A stretch of 64,000 nucleotides of DNA from Candidatus Kaiserbacteria bacterium (GTDB lineage: Bacteria > Patescibacteriota > Minisyncoccia > Phycocordibacterales > UBA2100), in the NCBI GenBank assembly GCA_028286585.1, contig JAQBRI010000009.1, positions 28,010 to 92,009 of the forward strand. The letters run 5' to 3'. A program made the position numbers and the translations under genes. Shown here piece after piece: positions 36,146-47,900 of the stretch. Below the pieces are notes generated by a model that ran no database searches, was not told where the DNA came from, and saw only the letters and a list, made by a program, of their open reading frames with translations. Within the stretch, counting starts at the first letter, position 1, and each line of letters starts with the position of its first letter.

Positions 36146-36562
36146 TTAGAACATGCTCATTACCGCTGCAAGAATCATCAAACATCCGAGTGATCCTACA
36201 GCCATAATTCCAAATTTTGTAACGATCCACTTTGGCTCAGTGCCTCCAAAAAGAATTGCACTTACCTGTGTTGGTACAACAAAACCTAACCAGAAAAATC
36301 CTGCGAGTCCATAGATATTCCAGTCGGTTGGAAATCCGGTAAGCAAAATTGCGAATACCGTTGATGTCACTATAGTTACAAGAAACTGGCCCACAAGCAG
36401 CTTCCACATTCCCTTCATCATTTCCTTTTGCTCTTCTGGCGTATGCTTTTCAAACCCATGCATGGTTCCCCACATCTTGCCAAATATCGGACCATACCAA
36501 ATTGCTCCAAAAATAAACTGCAGCACTGTTGCGATAAGAATCGCCATATATGGTAAAGCCAT
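36146..36562 (-). CDS. DUF1761-like small membrane protein
   Basis: MALPYMAILIATVLQFIFGAIWYGPIFGKMW matches the DUF1761 N-terminal consensus (..FxLGxxWYxPxxFGKxW) as recalled from memory; 4 TM. Confidence 0.45.
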   Translation of the reverse strand: MALPYMAILIATVLQFIFGAIWYGPIFGKMWGTMHGFEKHTPEEQKEMMKGMWKLLVGQFLVTIVTSTVFAILLTGFPTDWNIYGLAGFFWLGFVVPTQVSAILFGGTEPKWIVTKFGIMAVGSLGCLMILAAVMSMF

Positions 36563-36618
36563 AATTTACAATTATATTATTTCCCTTATTAGTATGCCCT
36601 CAGTATATACCACAAATA

Positions 36619-38154
36619 TTAGCCCTCAGAATCAACATCTTTGATTGTTTGGTCGATATAGGTCTGTGCATGTATCAGACGTTCCTGCACCTTTTTTATA
36701 TATGCAGCATCCTCTGGAGCAAGCGTAGTCGCAGCATTACTCTTTTCGAGATCATTCTTTTGCTGTTCCAGTCCCTGTTTAATATTCAAGAGCTTTTCGT
36801 GCGTATCATTTTTAACTTTTTTTACTTCTTCGCTCATGTCTTTGCTGCGTAGTTTTTCGGAGCGACGTAAACGATTCCAGAGGACGAAGTTCATCAACAA
36901 GGAGAGAAGCGAGAGGAGTAATGCTGCCGGTAGTTCGAGTGATCCGTAATTAAATGTCCGAACTTGATCGAAGAAATTCGACTGTGCCGTATGCGCTATC
37001 GGCACCACAAAAGATAATTGATCGGAATCTGCGTAATTACCCGCATTATCAAACACTCGAAGGACTGCGGTATGCGTGCCGACCGACGATGTAACTGGAA
37101 TTCGGACAAAACCGCTTGCAAACTGTGCCTGAGATAATGTGTCAGTTGTCGTACCATCAATCAGCACCTGGTAGGTATTGATACCAGCATATGCATCCTC
37201 TGCGCTTGCCTGAATAAAGAGCGCACTACTTGTTGCATCATACGTAATGAGGGAATTAAGTACTGGAGCAGATGTGTCGATTTGGAGACGATATGACTTG
37301 ACACTACTCCAGCCGGCAGGCGTATGTGCACGAATATTAAAATACCAAACACCATCATTCACTGGATCAAATGTTTTTATTGAAATAGGCGAGTGATACA
37401 CCGCGGTTGGAATTTTACCGCTAGTTTGACTTAATTCTGCCTGCACTGAATCGATGTCACTTGAGACGGTCCATGATATTGCTGGAGACGCATTTGCATA
37501 CCAAACGCTTTCAGATGGATGCGTTGGTGATGAAATATCAATTGTTGTCGTCTCAGCTGCTGGCTTTACTGTACTTTTGACCGGTAGAACCGTTGGCTTA
37601 ACAACAGGAGAAGCAGGCGCCTTGGTTGCTGCTTCAGAAATACTAATGGTCGAGCTTTGTGATGAGCGAAGCACGTCGGTACCAAGACCATCGTTTGCGC
37701 GGACAGCACCGCCCACAACTGACACCGCAGCGCTACCGGCAGATTTTGCACGCAGCGTGACATTGAAAAGCCGTCCGTTTGTACCCTGATAACCCGGTGA
37801 TGGCACGCCGCCGTTAAACGTCACGCCGCCGTTACCGTCGGATGCTGGAGCGTCAATCCAAAGCGTGAACAAAGAAACATCTTTATTTATTGAAACAAGA
37901 TCGAACTTATCTCGTGGATATATAAGTGTGCCTTCTCCGCTATTTATTGCAACTCCTTCGCTATTAACGACAATACCCAAAGTCACAGTTGAACCAATAG
38001 TGATCGAACTTGCGCTAGGGACTATTGAGAGAATCGCAGCATACGACTGTGATGTACCGAGTACAGATAGTAGCAATACAAAAAATAAAATGCGTCCTGA
38101 AATATTAAAGCGTTGCATATTTTTTGCGGCGATATTGTAGCCAGATAAAAACAA
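36619..38154 (-). CDS. Membrane-anchored surface protein with N-terminal cohesin-like domain, Ig-like/FN3-like middle region, C-terminal TM and coiled-coil cytoplasmic tail
   Basis: Signal peptide. LSIVPSASSITIGSTVTLGIVVNSEGVAINSGEGTLIYPRDKFDLVSIN...GRLFNVTLRAKSAGSAAVSV follows the strand/Gly pattern of cohesin domains; this is visual recognition only. C-terminal LELPAALLLSLLSLLMNFVLW TM plus charged coiled coil. Confidence 0.45.
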   Translation of the reverse strand: MFLSGYNIAAKNMQRFNISGRILFFVLLLSVLGTSQSYAAILSIVPSASSITIGSTVTLGIVVNSEGVAINSGEGTLIYPRDKFDLVSINKDVSLFTLWIDAPASDGNGGVTFNGGVPSPGYQGTNGRLFNVTLRAKSAGSAAVSVVGGAVRANDGLGTDVLRSSQSSTISISEAATKAPASPVVKPTVLPVKSTVKPAAETTTIDISSPTHPSESVWYANASPAISWTVSSDIDSVQAELSQTSGKIPTAVYHSPISIKTFDPVNDGVWYFNIRAHTPAGWSSVKSYRLQIDTSAPVLNSLITYDATSSALFIQASAEDAYAGINTYQVLIDGTTTDTLSQAQFASGFVRIPVTSSVGTHTAVLRVFDNAGNYADSDQLSFVVPIAHTAQSNFFDQVRTFNYGSLELPAALLLSLLSLLMNFVLWNRLRRSEKLRSKDMSEEVKKVKNDTHEKLLNIKQGLEQQKNDLEKSNAATTLAPEDAAYIKKVQERLIHAQTYIDQTIKDVDSEG

Positions 38155-38974
38155 TCACCAACAAAATGAGTATAACACCTCCAATCAATACAAATTGCGT
38201 AGAAGATTGGGGAGAATATATTATTTTTACAACACTGTTTCCCGCGACATCAGTGGCGCGTACTCGTAACTCCGACATTCGTGTCTGATCAAGGAGCACG
38301 TAGTAACGGTCTGCGCGCACATACTCGTTTGAACCTTCTTGCACTTCATAGTACGCAATACCGCTACCACTATCTTGTGCAAAAAACGTCAGGAAATACT
38401 GATTGTTAAATAATGAAGGATCACGTCCTACTTCCACCGTAACAAACTCAGGTGGTGTCGTATCACTGAGTACGGACGATGTTGCGGTCGTGCTACTTTC
38501 AATACTAATACTTTGTGTAAATGGTTGTACTGCTACAGGTGTTCCTGAGCCATTGTCACTATATGCAACAACTTTGTTTGCAGAAAGTGTAATGTTTCCA
38601 GACGCCGCAACATGAGCAGTAAACGAAAAAAGAATTTTATCTTGATGAGCGGCAATACCTGTCTGCACACCTCCCAAAAAGTCGATAGTATGCGTATTAA
38701 CAACAAAATGCGGTGTGTCCGGCCACAGTGTCATAACAGACCCTCCGGTAGTTACAGAGTCAACTGATACATTCTGCGGAATCGAAAGAGAGCCTTCTAT
38801 TGCATTGATTGCATCATTATCGGTCGCAATATGAACCTCCGCTGTAAATTTCTGTCCGATGGCAGGAACTGATGGATTGAGCATTACCGTGAGATGCGCA
38901 GCATACGCGCTTGTTGGCAGCCGAAAGCTTAAGAATAAAAGAGCGAGAAATAGAGAGGTTAGATATTTTTTCAT
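38105..38974 (-). CDS. Membrane-anchored surface protein with cohesin-like domain (C-terminal TM anchor)
   Basis: Signal peptide. LTVMLNPSVPAIGQKFTAEVHIATDNDAINAIEGSLSIPQNVSVDSV...ILFSFTAHVAASGNITLSANKVVA is cohesin-like. C-terminal FVLIGGVILILLVIVFIWLQYRRKKY stop-transfer anchor. Confidence 0.45.
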   Translation of the reverse strand: MKKYLTSLFLALLFLSFRLPTSAYAAHLTVMLNPSVPAIGQKFTAEVHIATDNDAINAIEGSLSIPQNVSVDSVTTGGSVMTLWPDTPHFVVNTHTIDFLGGVQTGIAAHQDKILFSFTAHVAASGNITLSANKVVAYSDNGSGTPVAVQPFTQSISIESSTTATSSVLSDTTPPEFVTVEVGRDPSLFNNQYFLTFFAQDSGSGIAYYEVQEGSNEYVRADRYYVLLDQTRMSELRVRATDVAGNSVVKIIYSPQSSTQFVLIGGVILILLVIVFIWLQYRRKKYATL

Positions 38975-38992
38975 AGTGATAGTAAGTCGGAA

Positions 38993-41900
38993 TTATTTCT
39001 TCCAATGATACAGCAATATTGAGAAGTCGACTGAATCTACCTTTCCGTCGTGATTGAGGTCGACTTTATTATTTTTAAAAGGTGGCTTCGTCTTCCAATA
39101 TGCGAGAAGTATTGAGAAATCGATTCCATTCACTTTTCCATCTCCGTTGATATCGCCAATCACTTCAGTTGTAGCTGCTGGGGTAGCCACAGGTGGAGAA
39201 TTATCTCCTCCGCCTCCCCCACCTCCTCCACCTCCGCCACCGCCACCTCCATTACCTGGGTTTTGTACGGGAGCAGCAATTGCAGTAAATGACTGACTTG
39301 CACTTGATGATGCTGATCCATATTGTACTGCTACATGGAACCAATACGTTCCAATAACGGGAACAGTTGAAGAAAGTGTTGTATCAAAGTTCGCACCAGG
39401 CTGAATCAGTTTTGCTGCAGTTGAACTAAAAATATCATCACCACCTCCACAAGAATTGGTTGCAGAGTCGGTAACACACCACGTGTATTGATATTCGTAT
39501 GCTATAGAACCTTCGTTTGTTATACGCACTGCTGTGGCAATGCTTGGTACCGTCAATCCACTAAAACTCTGGATCAGAACTTGTGCTGGCGCTCCCGGTG
39601 TTGCACTCACAGGAATTGTTGTCGTGCCTCGTCCAACAAGATTTTTTGCTGATATACGGAAATCATATGAATTATTGTTGGATAGACTAGTTACCATGGT
39701 TGTTGGTGTCGTACTAATACCGTCAGAAAATATAGACCATGTTCCGCCCGAAGAAAGTTTGTATTCAACTACGTAATCAGTCACAGGTGAACCACCGTTT
39801 GATATTGGCGCCGACCATGAAAGGTTGATACTGCTGTCTTGTACAATTGCGGCGAGGTTTATTGGGGCACCGGGCACACTTGCTGGCGTCGCAGCATTAC
39901 TTGTACCGGAGCTGGTACTCGTGCCAACTGCGTTTGTTGCAGTGACAGTAAATGTGTATGTTGTTCCGTTTGTGAGGCCTTGTATAGTAGCTGAAGTTCC
40001 ATTTGTTGTAGTACTAAATACTCCACCATTTGAAGTGACGGTATAGCTTGTTATAGGAGATCCTCCATTAAAACCGGGCGCAGACCACGTAAGATTTACA
40101 CTACTGTCTGCAATTGCTGCAGCAAGATTTGTTGGCGCGTCAGGAACTGTAGCTGGGGTGACCGAATTCGTTGCGGCTGATGAAATACTTGTTCCAATTG
40201 CGTTGGTTGCCGTCACTGTAAACGTGTAGGCTGTTCCGTTTGTTAAACCAGTTACCGTTATTGGTGAACTTCCGCCAGTTGCGGTGAAGTTGCCGATATT
40301 TGAAGTAACGGTATAAGACGTAATTGCAGAGCCACCGGTAAATGATGGTGGGCTAAATGTAATAGTCGCAGTACCGTCACCGCCAACTGCCGCTACGCTC
40401 GTTGGTGCACTTGGCCCACCTGCAGGTACAACCGAATTACTTGTTCCAGAACTAGTACTTGTTCCAACATTGTTTGTTGCAGTTACTGTAAAGGTGTACG
40501 TTGTTCCATTCACGAGTCCAGTAATAGTGATCGGTGAACTTCCACCTGTTGCAGTAAATCCTCCTGTATTTGATGACACGGTGTAGTTAGTTATTGCAGC
40601 ACCGCCGTTACTAACGGGCGGTGTAAAGGAAACAGTTGCTTGGCCGTTTCCAGCAACTGCAGAAATCGAAGTGGGTGCATCAGGTACTGTGGCAGGAGTA
40701 ACGGAGTTACTTGTACCCGATGAAGTACTCGTTCCAATACTATTTGTTGCAGTGACAGTAAATGTGTATGTCGTGCCATTTGTGAGACCAGTAATTGTAA
40801 TTGGTGAAGAGCCACCTGTTGCCGTAAATCCTCCTGTATTTGATGACACGGTATAGTTTGTTATTGCAGCGCCGCCGTTACTTACAGGCGGAGTAAATGT
40901 AATTGTTGCTTGGCCGTTACCACCAACGGCAGAAATACCAGTCGGAGAATTAGGAACAGTTCCTGGTATTACTGAATTACTTGCGGATGATGCGGTACTT
41001 GTTCCTGCAGCATTCGTAGCAGTGACTGTAAATGTGTACGTAGTTCCGTTGGTAAGACCGGTCACAGTGATCGGAGAAGAACCACCTGTTGCGGTAAGGC
41101 CGCCACTACTTGATGTGACAGTGTAACTCGTAACGGCAGCTCCTCCATTATTTACTGGTGGAGTAAATGTAATTGTTGCCTGACCATTACCGCTAACTGC
41201 GGTCACGCTTGTCGGCGCGTTTGGCGTCGTCGCGGGAACAACGGTGTTACTTGTGCCCGATGGCGTACTGGTTCCAACTGCATTTGTGGCAGTCACAGTA
41301 AATGTGTAGGTTGTTCCATTTGTAAGACCGGTAATTGTAATTGGTGAAGATCCGCCGCTCGCGGTGAAGCCGCCGGTGTTTGATGACACGGTGTAGTTAG
41401 TTATTGCAGAACCGTTGTTACTTCCCGGTGTAAAGGAAACCGTAGCTTGACCATTACCGCTTACTGCCGTGACAGCAGTAGGTGCATTAGGAACAGTAAC
41501 AGGAGTAACTGAGTTACTTGCGGACGACGCAGTACTGGTTCCAACATTGTTTGATGCTGTTACGGTAAATGTGTAGGTTGTACCGTTAGTAAGGCCAGTA
41601 ATTGTAATTGGGGAGCCGCCGCCTGTTGCAGTAAAGCCGCCGGTGTTTGATGACACGGTGTAGTTAGTTATTGCAGATCCCCCGTTACTGACTGGCGGAG
41701 TAAATGTGATTGTTGCTTGGCCGTTTCCAGCAACTGCAGAAACGCTTGTTGGGGCACCCGGTGCAGTCGCAGGTGTCACAGAATTGCTTAGTGTCGAGGA
41801 GGTACTTGTGCCAACGCCATTAGTTGCAGTAACGGTAAATGTGTATGCGGTGCCATTGGTAAGACCGGTCACAGTGATTGGTGAGCCACTTCCGCTTGCT

Positions 41901-44900
41901 GTAAACCCGCCTGAGTTTGATGTCACCGTGTACGTTGTGATTGCAGCACCACCGTTACTAACAGGCGGAGTAAATGTAATTGTTGCTTGGCCGTTACCTG
42001 CTGTAGCGACTGCTCCCGTAGGTGCATTTGGAACAGTTGCTGGTGTCACAGAATTGCTTAGTGTCGAGGAGGTACTTGTGCCAACGCCATTAGTTGCAGT
42101 AACGGTAAATGTGTATGCGGTGCCATTGGTAAGACCGGTCACAGTAAGTGGAGAACTGATACCAGTGACATTAAAGCCGCCAATGTTTGATGTGACCGTG
42201 TAGTTTGTAATCGCAGAACCGTTGTTACTTCCTGGTGTAAAGGTAATTGTTGCCTGACCATTTCCACCAACTGCAGTAACGCTTGTTGGAGCACTCGGGA
42301 CACCTGCCGGCGTGATTGAATTGCTTATTCCCGAAGATGTACTTGTTCCTGCAGAATTATTTGCAGTTACAGTAAACGCATAGACTACTCCGTTTGAGAG
42401 ACCGGTCACTGTGATTGGTGAAGAACCACCTGTTGCAGTAAAGCCTCCAACATTTGAAGTAACAGTGTACGTTGTGATTGCAGCACCGCCATTACTTACG
42501 GGTGGAGTAAACGAAATTGTTGCCTGCGTATCCCCTCGCACTGCTGTCACACTTGTCGGAGCATCTGGAATTGTTGCTGGAGTGACCGATGCGCTCGCAC
42601 TCGAACTAGCACTCGTTCCAACTGAGTTAGTAGCAGTTACTGTAAATGTATATGCCGTTCCGTTTGTTAAACCAGTTACCGTGATTGGTGAAGATCCGCC
42701 GGTTGCAGTAAAGCCACCTGTGTTTGAAGACACTGTATATGTTGTGATTGCAGCGCCACCGTTACTTACAGGCGGAGTAAAGGTTACGGTCACTTCTCCA
42801 TTGCCTCTCGTGACGGTTCCTATTGTCGGCGCGTTCGGAGTAGTAGCAGGAACAACCGTGTTACTCGTTGCCGATGCGGTACTTGTTCCTGCTGAGTTAG
42901 TTCCCGTTACGGTAAAGGTGTACGTTGTTCCATTTGTGAGACCAGTAATTGTAATTGGCGAAGATCCGCCGGTTGCAGTAAAGCCACCTGTGTTTGATGA
43001 GACCGTGTACGTTGTGATTGCAGATCCCCCATTACTTACAGGTGGTGTAAAGGAAACAGTTGCTTGACCATTTCCAGCGACTGCAGAAACGCTAGTTGGG
43101 GCACCCGGTGCAGTCGCCGGAGTTATTGTATTACTGGTGCCAGAATTTGTACTCGTACCGATTGCGTTTGTTTCGGTGACAGTAAATGTGTATGCCGTTC
43201 CGTTTGTTAAACCTGTTACAGTTATTGGTGAAGAGCCACCAGTTGCAGTGAAGCCGCCGGTGTTTGATGAGACTGTATAGATCGAAATACTTGAACCATT
43301 GTTATTGCCAGGTGTAAACGAAATTGTTGCTTGGCCATTTCCGGCAACTGCGGTTACGCTTGTTGGAGCACTCGGGACTCCCGCAGGTGTGATAGCATTA
43401 CTCGTACCAGAGGCGGTACTTGTTCCCGCCGAGTTAGTAGCAGTTACTGTAAAAGTATAAATCGTACCGTTGGTAAGACCGGTTATTGTAATCGGTGAAG
43501 ATCCACCAGTTGCTGTGAGGCCTCCCACATTTGATGAGACTGTGTATGTTGTTACAGCAGAGCCGCCGTTATTCACTGGCGGAGTAAACGATATGGTAGC
43601 CTGCGTGTCGCCGCGAACTGCGCTAACACTTGTCGGCGCGTCCGGTACTGTAGCTGGTGTCACCGAACTACTAGCACTCGAACTTGCGCTCGTTCCAACC
43701 GCATTTGTTGCGGTTACTGTAAACGTGTACGCTGTGCCATTCGTTAGACCTATTAGTGTTATTGGTGAAGAGCCGCCAGATGTTGTAAAGCCGCCTGTGT
43801 TTGATGAGACGGTGTAAAGAGTAATTGGTGAACCGCCTGTATTTCCTGGTGTAAAAGAAATGGTTACCTGCCCATTACCCGCCGTCCCTATTACACTAGT
43901 AGGTGCATCAGGAATTGTCGCCGGTGTCGCAGAATTTGTTGCGTTCGAGGCCGTACTCGTACCAACTGAGTTAGTAGCAGTTACTGTAAATGTGTATGCC
44001 GTTCCGTTTGTTAAACCTGTTACAGTTATTGGTGAACTACCACCTGTTGCAGTGAATCCTCCTGTGTTTGATGTAACGGTGTAGCCAGTTATTGCAGAAC
44101 CTCCGTTACTTACGGGTGGTGTAAATGTAATTGTTGCCTGAGTGTTACCACGTGTCGCGGTTCCTATAGTTGGTGCGTCTGGCACAGTTGCAGGAACCAC
44201 ACTATTACTTGTACTTGATGGAGTACTCGTTCCCAACGCACTACTTGCCGTCACTGTAAACGTGTACGTTGTTCCGTTCACAAGTCCAGTTATTGTAATT
44301 GGTGAAGAGCCACCTGTTGCAGTGAATCCCCCAGTGTTTGATGAGACCGTGTACGTTGTGATTGCAGATCCCCCATTACTTACTGGTGGTGTAAACGTAA
44401 TTGTTGCTTGGCCATTACCGCCGGTTGCAGTGACACTAGTTGGGGCACCCGGTGCAGTCGCCGGTATCACACTGTTACTAGCAATTGACGCAGTGCTTGT
44501 ACCAACGGCGTTCGTTGCCGTAACTGTAAACGAATAGGAAATTCCATTGGTAAGGCCGGTCACAACAATTGGTGAGCCACTTCCCGTTCCAGTAAAGCCG
44601 CCAACGTTTGAAGTAACCGTGTACGTTGTGATAGCAGAGCCGCCGTTATTCACTGGCGGAGTAAACGATACAGTAGCTTGAGTATCACCGCGAACTGCAC
44701 TCACGCCGGTTGGCGCACCTGGCACTGTTGCAGGAACAACACTATTACTCGTTCCCGAAGGAGAGCTTGTACCAGCGGAATTAGTAGCAGTTACCGTGAA
44801 TGTGTACGTTGTGCCATTAACAAGTCCGGTAATCGTAATCGGAGAACTTCCGCCGGTTGCGGTAAAACCGCCGGTGTTTGAAGACACTGTATATGTTGTG

Positions 44901-47900
44901 ATTGCAGTGCCACCATTACTGACTGGAGGAGTAAATGTGATTGTTGCTTGGCCGTTACCACGTGTTGCCGTTCCTATAGTTGGTGCACCAGGCGCTGTAG
45001 CTGGTGTTACTGCATTACTAGTACCCGAAGAAATACTGGTACCTGACGCGTTCGTTGCCGTTACTGTAAATGTGTACGTTGTTCCATTTGTGAGACCAGT
45101 AATTGTGATTGGTGAGCTGCCGCCGGTTGCGGTAAAACCGCCGGTGTTTGATGAGACAGTATAATTTGTAATTGGTGAGCCTCCCGAATTTACTGGAGGT
45201 GCAAAAGTAATAGTTGCTTGTCCATTTCCGGGAACTGCCGTAACACTCGTCGGCGCATTTGGTACCGTTTGATAATTTAAATATGCATAAGTAGTTCCCG
45301 GCGTAATCGCCCAAACTGGCGAAACAAAATCCCAGTTTGTATATGTCGCCTGGGTCTTCAATGCAGTAGTAGTTGTACCTGTCATTCCTGCCGGATCGGC
45401 ACCATTACCAACACCATTACTTTTGCCAGATGTAACGTTGTCCCAATAATCAGATACGTAAGATCCACCGATTGGATTTCCAACAATGCCTCCCACATAT
45501 TGAAGTGCCGCAGCACCAGTTGCTCCTGAGGCGCCCGCGGCGCCTCCTGTTCCTCCTGTTCCTGCAGCGCCTCCTGTTCCACCTGTTGCACCACTCGTTT
45601 TGGTGCCTGTCGGCACACCTGTTGCGTATGTATTTGTAATCACCGCATTATTACTTCCAAACAATCCTCCAGCATACGCGTTTCCGCCAGCACCTCCGGC
45701 GCCGCCTGTTGCACCCGTACCATTTACACCAGCCACTCCGCCTCCTGCTGCTCCGGCGTTTCCGCCAGCACCTCCTATCGCACCGGTTCCCGGAGTTCCG
45801 GCCGTAATAGTGACGTTTCCACGTGCGTAAGTATTTGTTATAACTCCCGTGTTCTGACCAACAAGTCCTCCGCCTGTCACATCACCTCCAACACCTCCTG
45901 TGCCGCCAGTTCCTCCAGTGGCTCCTGCACCACCGTTTCCAGATCCACCCGATCCACCAACGCCTCCGTTTCCGCCCTTTCCGCCGACCGCACCATTGCC
46001 TCCGTTGCCTCCTGTTATGCTTACGTTTCCGGATGAATAACTCGTATTAAAAGTTCCGGTCGCAAGATCTGCTCCCATAAGCCCGCCCGCAAATGATGCG
46101 CCGCCGGCACCACCATTTCCTCCTGCTACAGAAGCACCACCTGCGCCACCGGCAAGTGTTCCGCCTGCGCCACCTGTACTAACGGTACCCGAGAGTCCTG
46201 CGGAGGCACCAGCGCCACCAACAAGTGAGACATTTCCTGATGACCACGAAGAGAGCACAGTACTTCCCGAAGCGTTTTGTCCGACAAGTCCGCCAGCATA
46301 TGCTGCGCCTCCGGCGCCTCCCGCCGCAGTTGCACCCATTGCTCCGCCTATACCACCTGCGCCGGTTGGACCACCCGCGCCGCCGTTTCCTCCGACACCA
46401 CCTGCACCACCTACGCCGCCAGCAGAGCCGTTTACGTTCACGGCTCCAGTTCCATATGAAGTAGAAATCGTTCCGCCATTATTTTGTCCAACAAAACCAC
46501 CGCCATACGCGATACCTCCAACACCTCCTGCAGTACGTGCGCCAGCAATGCCGCCAGTTCCGCCAGTTCCCGCAACAATTCCTGCGCCGCCCGCCGCACC
46601 ATTTCCTCCCAATCCGCCAACGCCTCCTGCGCCGCCGGTTACCGTAACAGAACTGTTTGCATATGAATCTTTAATCGTTCGCCCAGTATTGTTATATCCA
46701 TTAAATCCACCCGCGTATGCAATACCTCCAACACCAGCCGCGCCCGCTGAACCGCCCGCGCCGCCTGTCGCACCATTTGCAGCCGTTGCGATTCCGCCGG
46801 CAACTCCAGCGCCGCCAGTTCCTCCAACACCTCCTGCACCAGCCGAACCCAAAACTGTTGTTGACGCGTAGGACCCCGAAAGCACGGTTCCATCATTAAA
46901 GCCAATGAGTCCGCCCGTATAAAGAACTCCTCCAGAAACTGCTGCGCCGCCTGCACCACCTGCACCACCAACTCCGGCTGCTCCAGGTAATCCTCCTATG
47001 CCTCCTGTACCACCGGACCCGCCGACTCCACTCGTGCCAGTAACAGATGCGCCAATTGCATAACTTGTTGCAATAGTATTAAGCGCATTCACGTTGTTAC
47101 CAATGAGTCCGCCCGAGTAGGACGCGCCACCAATTCCTCCAGCACCTCCTGTTCCGCCAGTGCCTCCAACATGTGCACTTGTTCCGAGACTTCCATCGCC
47201 GCCCGCGCCGCCTGTCGCACCAGTTGCACCGTTTTTAGCAATCGAAACAACACTACCTAATGCAAACGAATTTAAAACAACTCCGATTGCGGTATTGTGT
47301 GCAATGAGTCCTCCAACATATGCTGCACCTCCTGCTCCTCCTGCTCCTCCTGCTCCACCCGAGGCGGCAGTACTACCCGATACACTTCCAGAAGCACCTC
47401 CCGCAGCTCCCGCTCCCGGTGTTCCTGCAGTGCCACTCGTTGAAGTAGCATTTCCTGTCGCGTATGAATTTCCTTGAATCGTACCAAAGTTAAAAGCGAC
47501 AAGTCCGCCGGCATATGCTGCACCGCCCACGCCGGTAGCGCCACCCAAGCCGCCGGTTCCTCCGATTGATCCAGATCCACCGGCGCCACCAATCACTCCC
47601 GCCGCGCCATTACCGCTGGTGCCGCCATTTGCAATAACATTGTCAGTTGAATAACTTGAAGTAATGATGAGGTTGTTACTCGCGGTAGCACTGGTGCGCC
47701 CTACCAACCCACCGGCATATGCAGCACCGCCAGCTCCCGACGTACCTCCACCGCCCGTTGCAGCACCAACTGCCGCGGATCCGCTGGTGCCAGAGGCTCC
47801 TGCGCTTCCTCCATTTCCTCCTGTGCCACTTGTCGAGGTTACAATATTGCCTGTTGCATATGAAGTAAGAACGTTATTGGCCCCGGTTGTCGCACCAGTA

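Noticed and set aside
39700-45265. Regularly spaced near-identical DNA repeats that could superficially suggest a CRISPR array
   Set aside because: The repeat unit is about 275 bp rather than 24-48 bp, there are no unique spacers, the array lies within a continuous ORF and translates to FN3 domains, and no cas genes are nearby.
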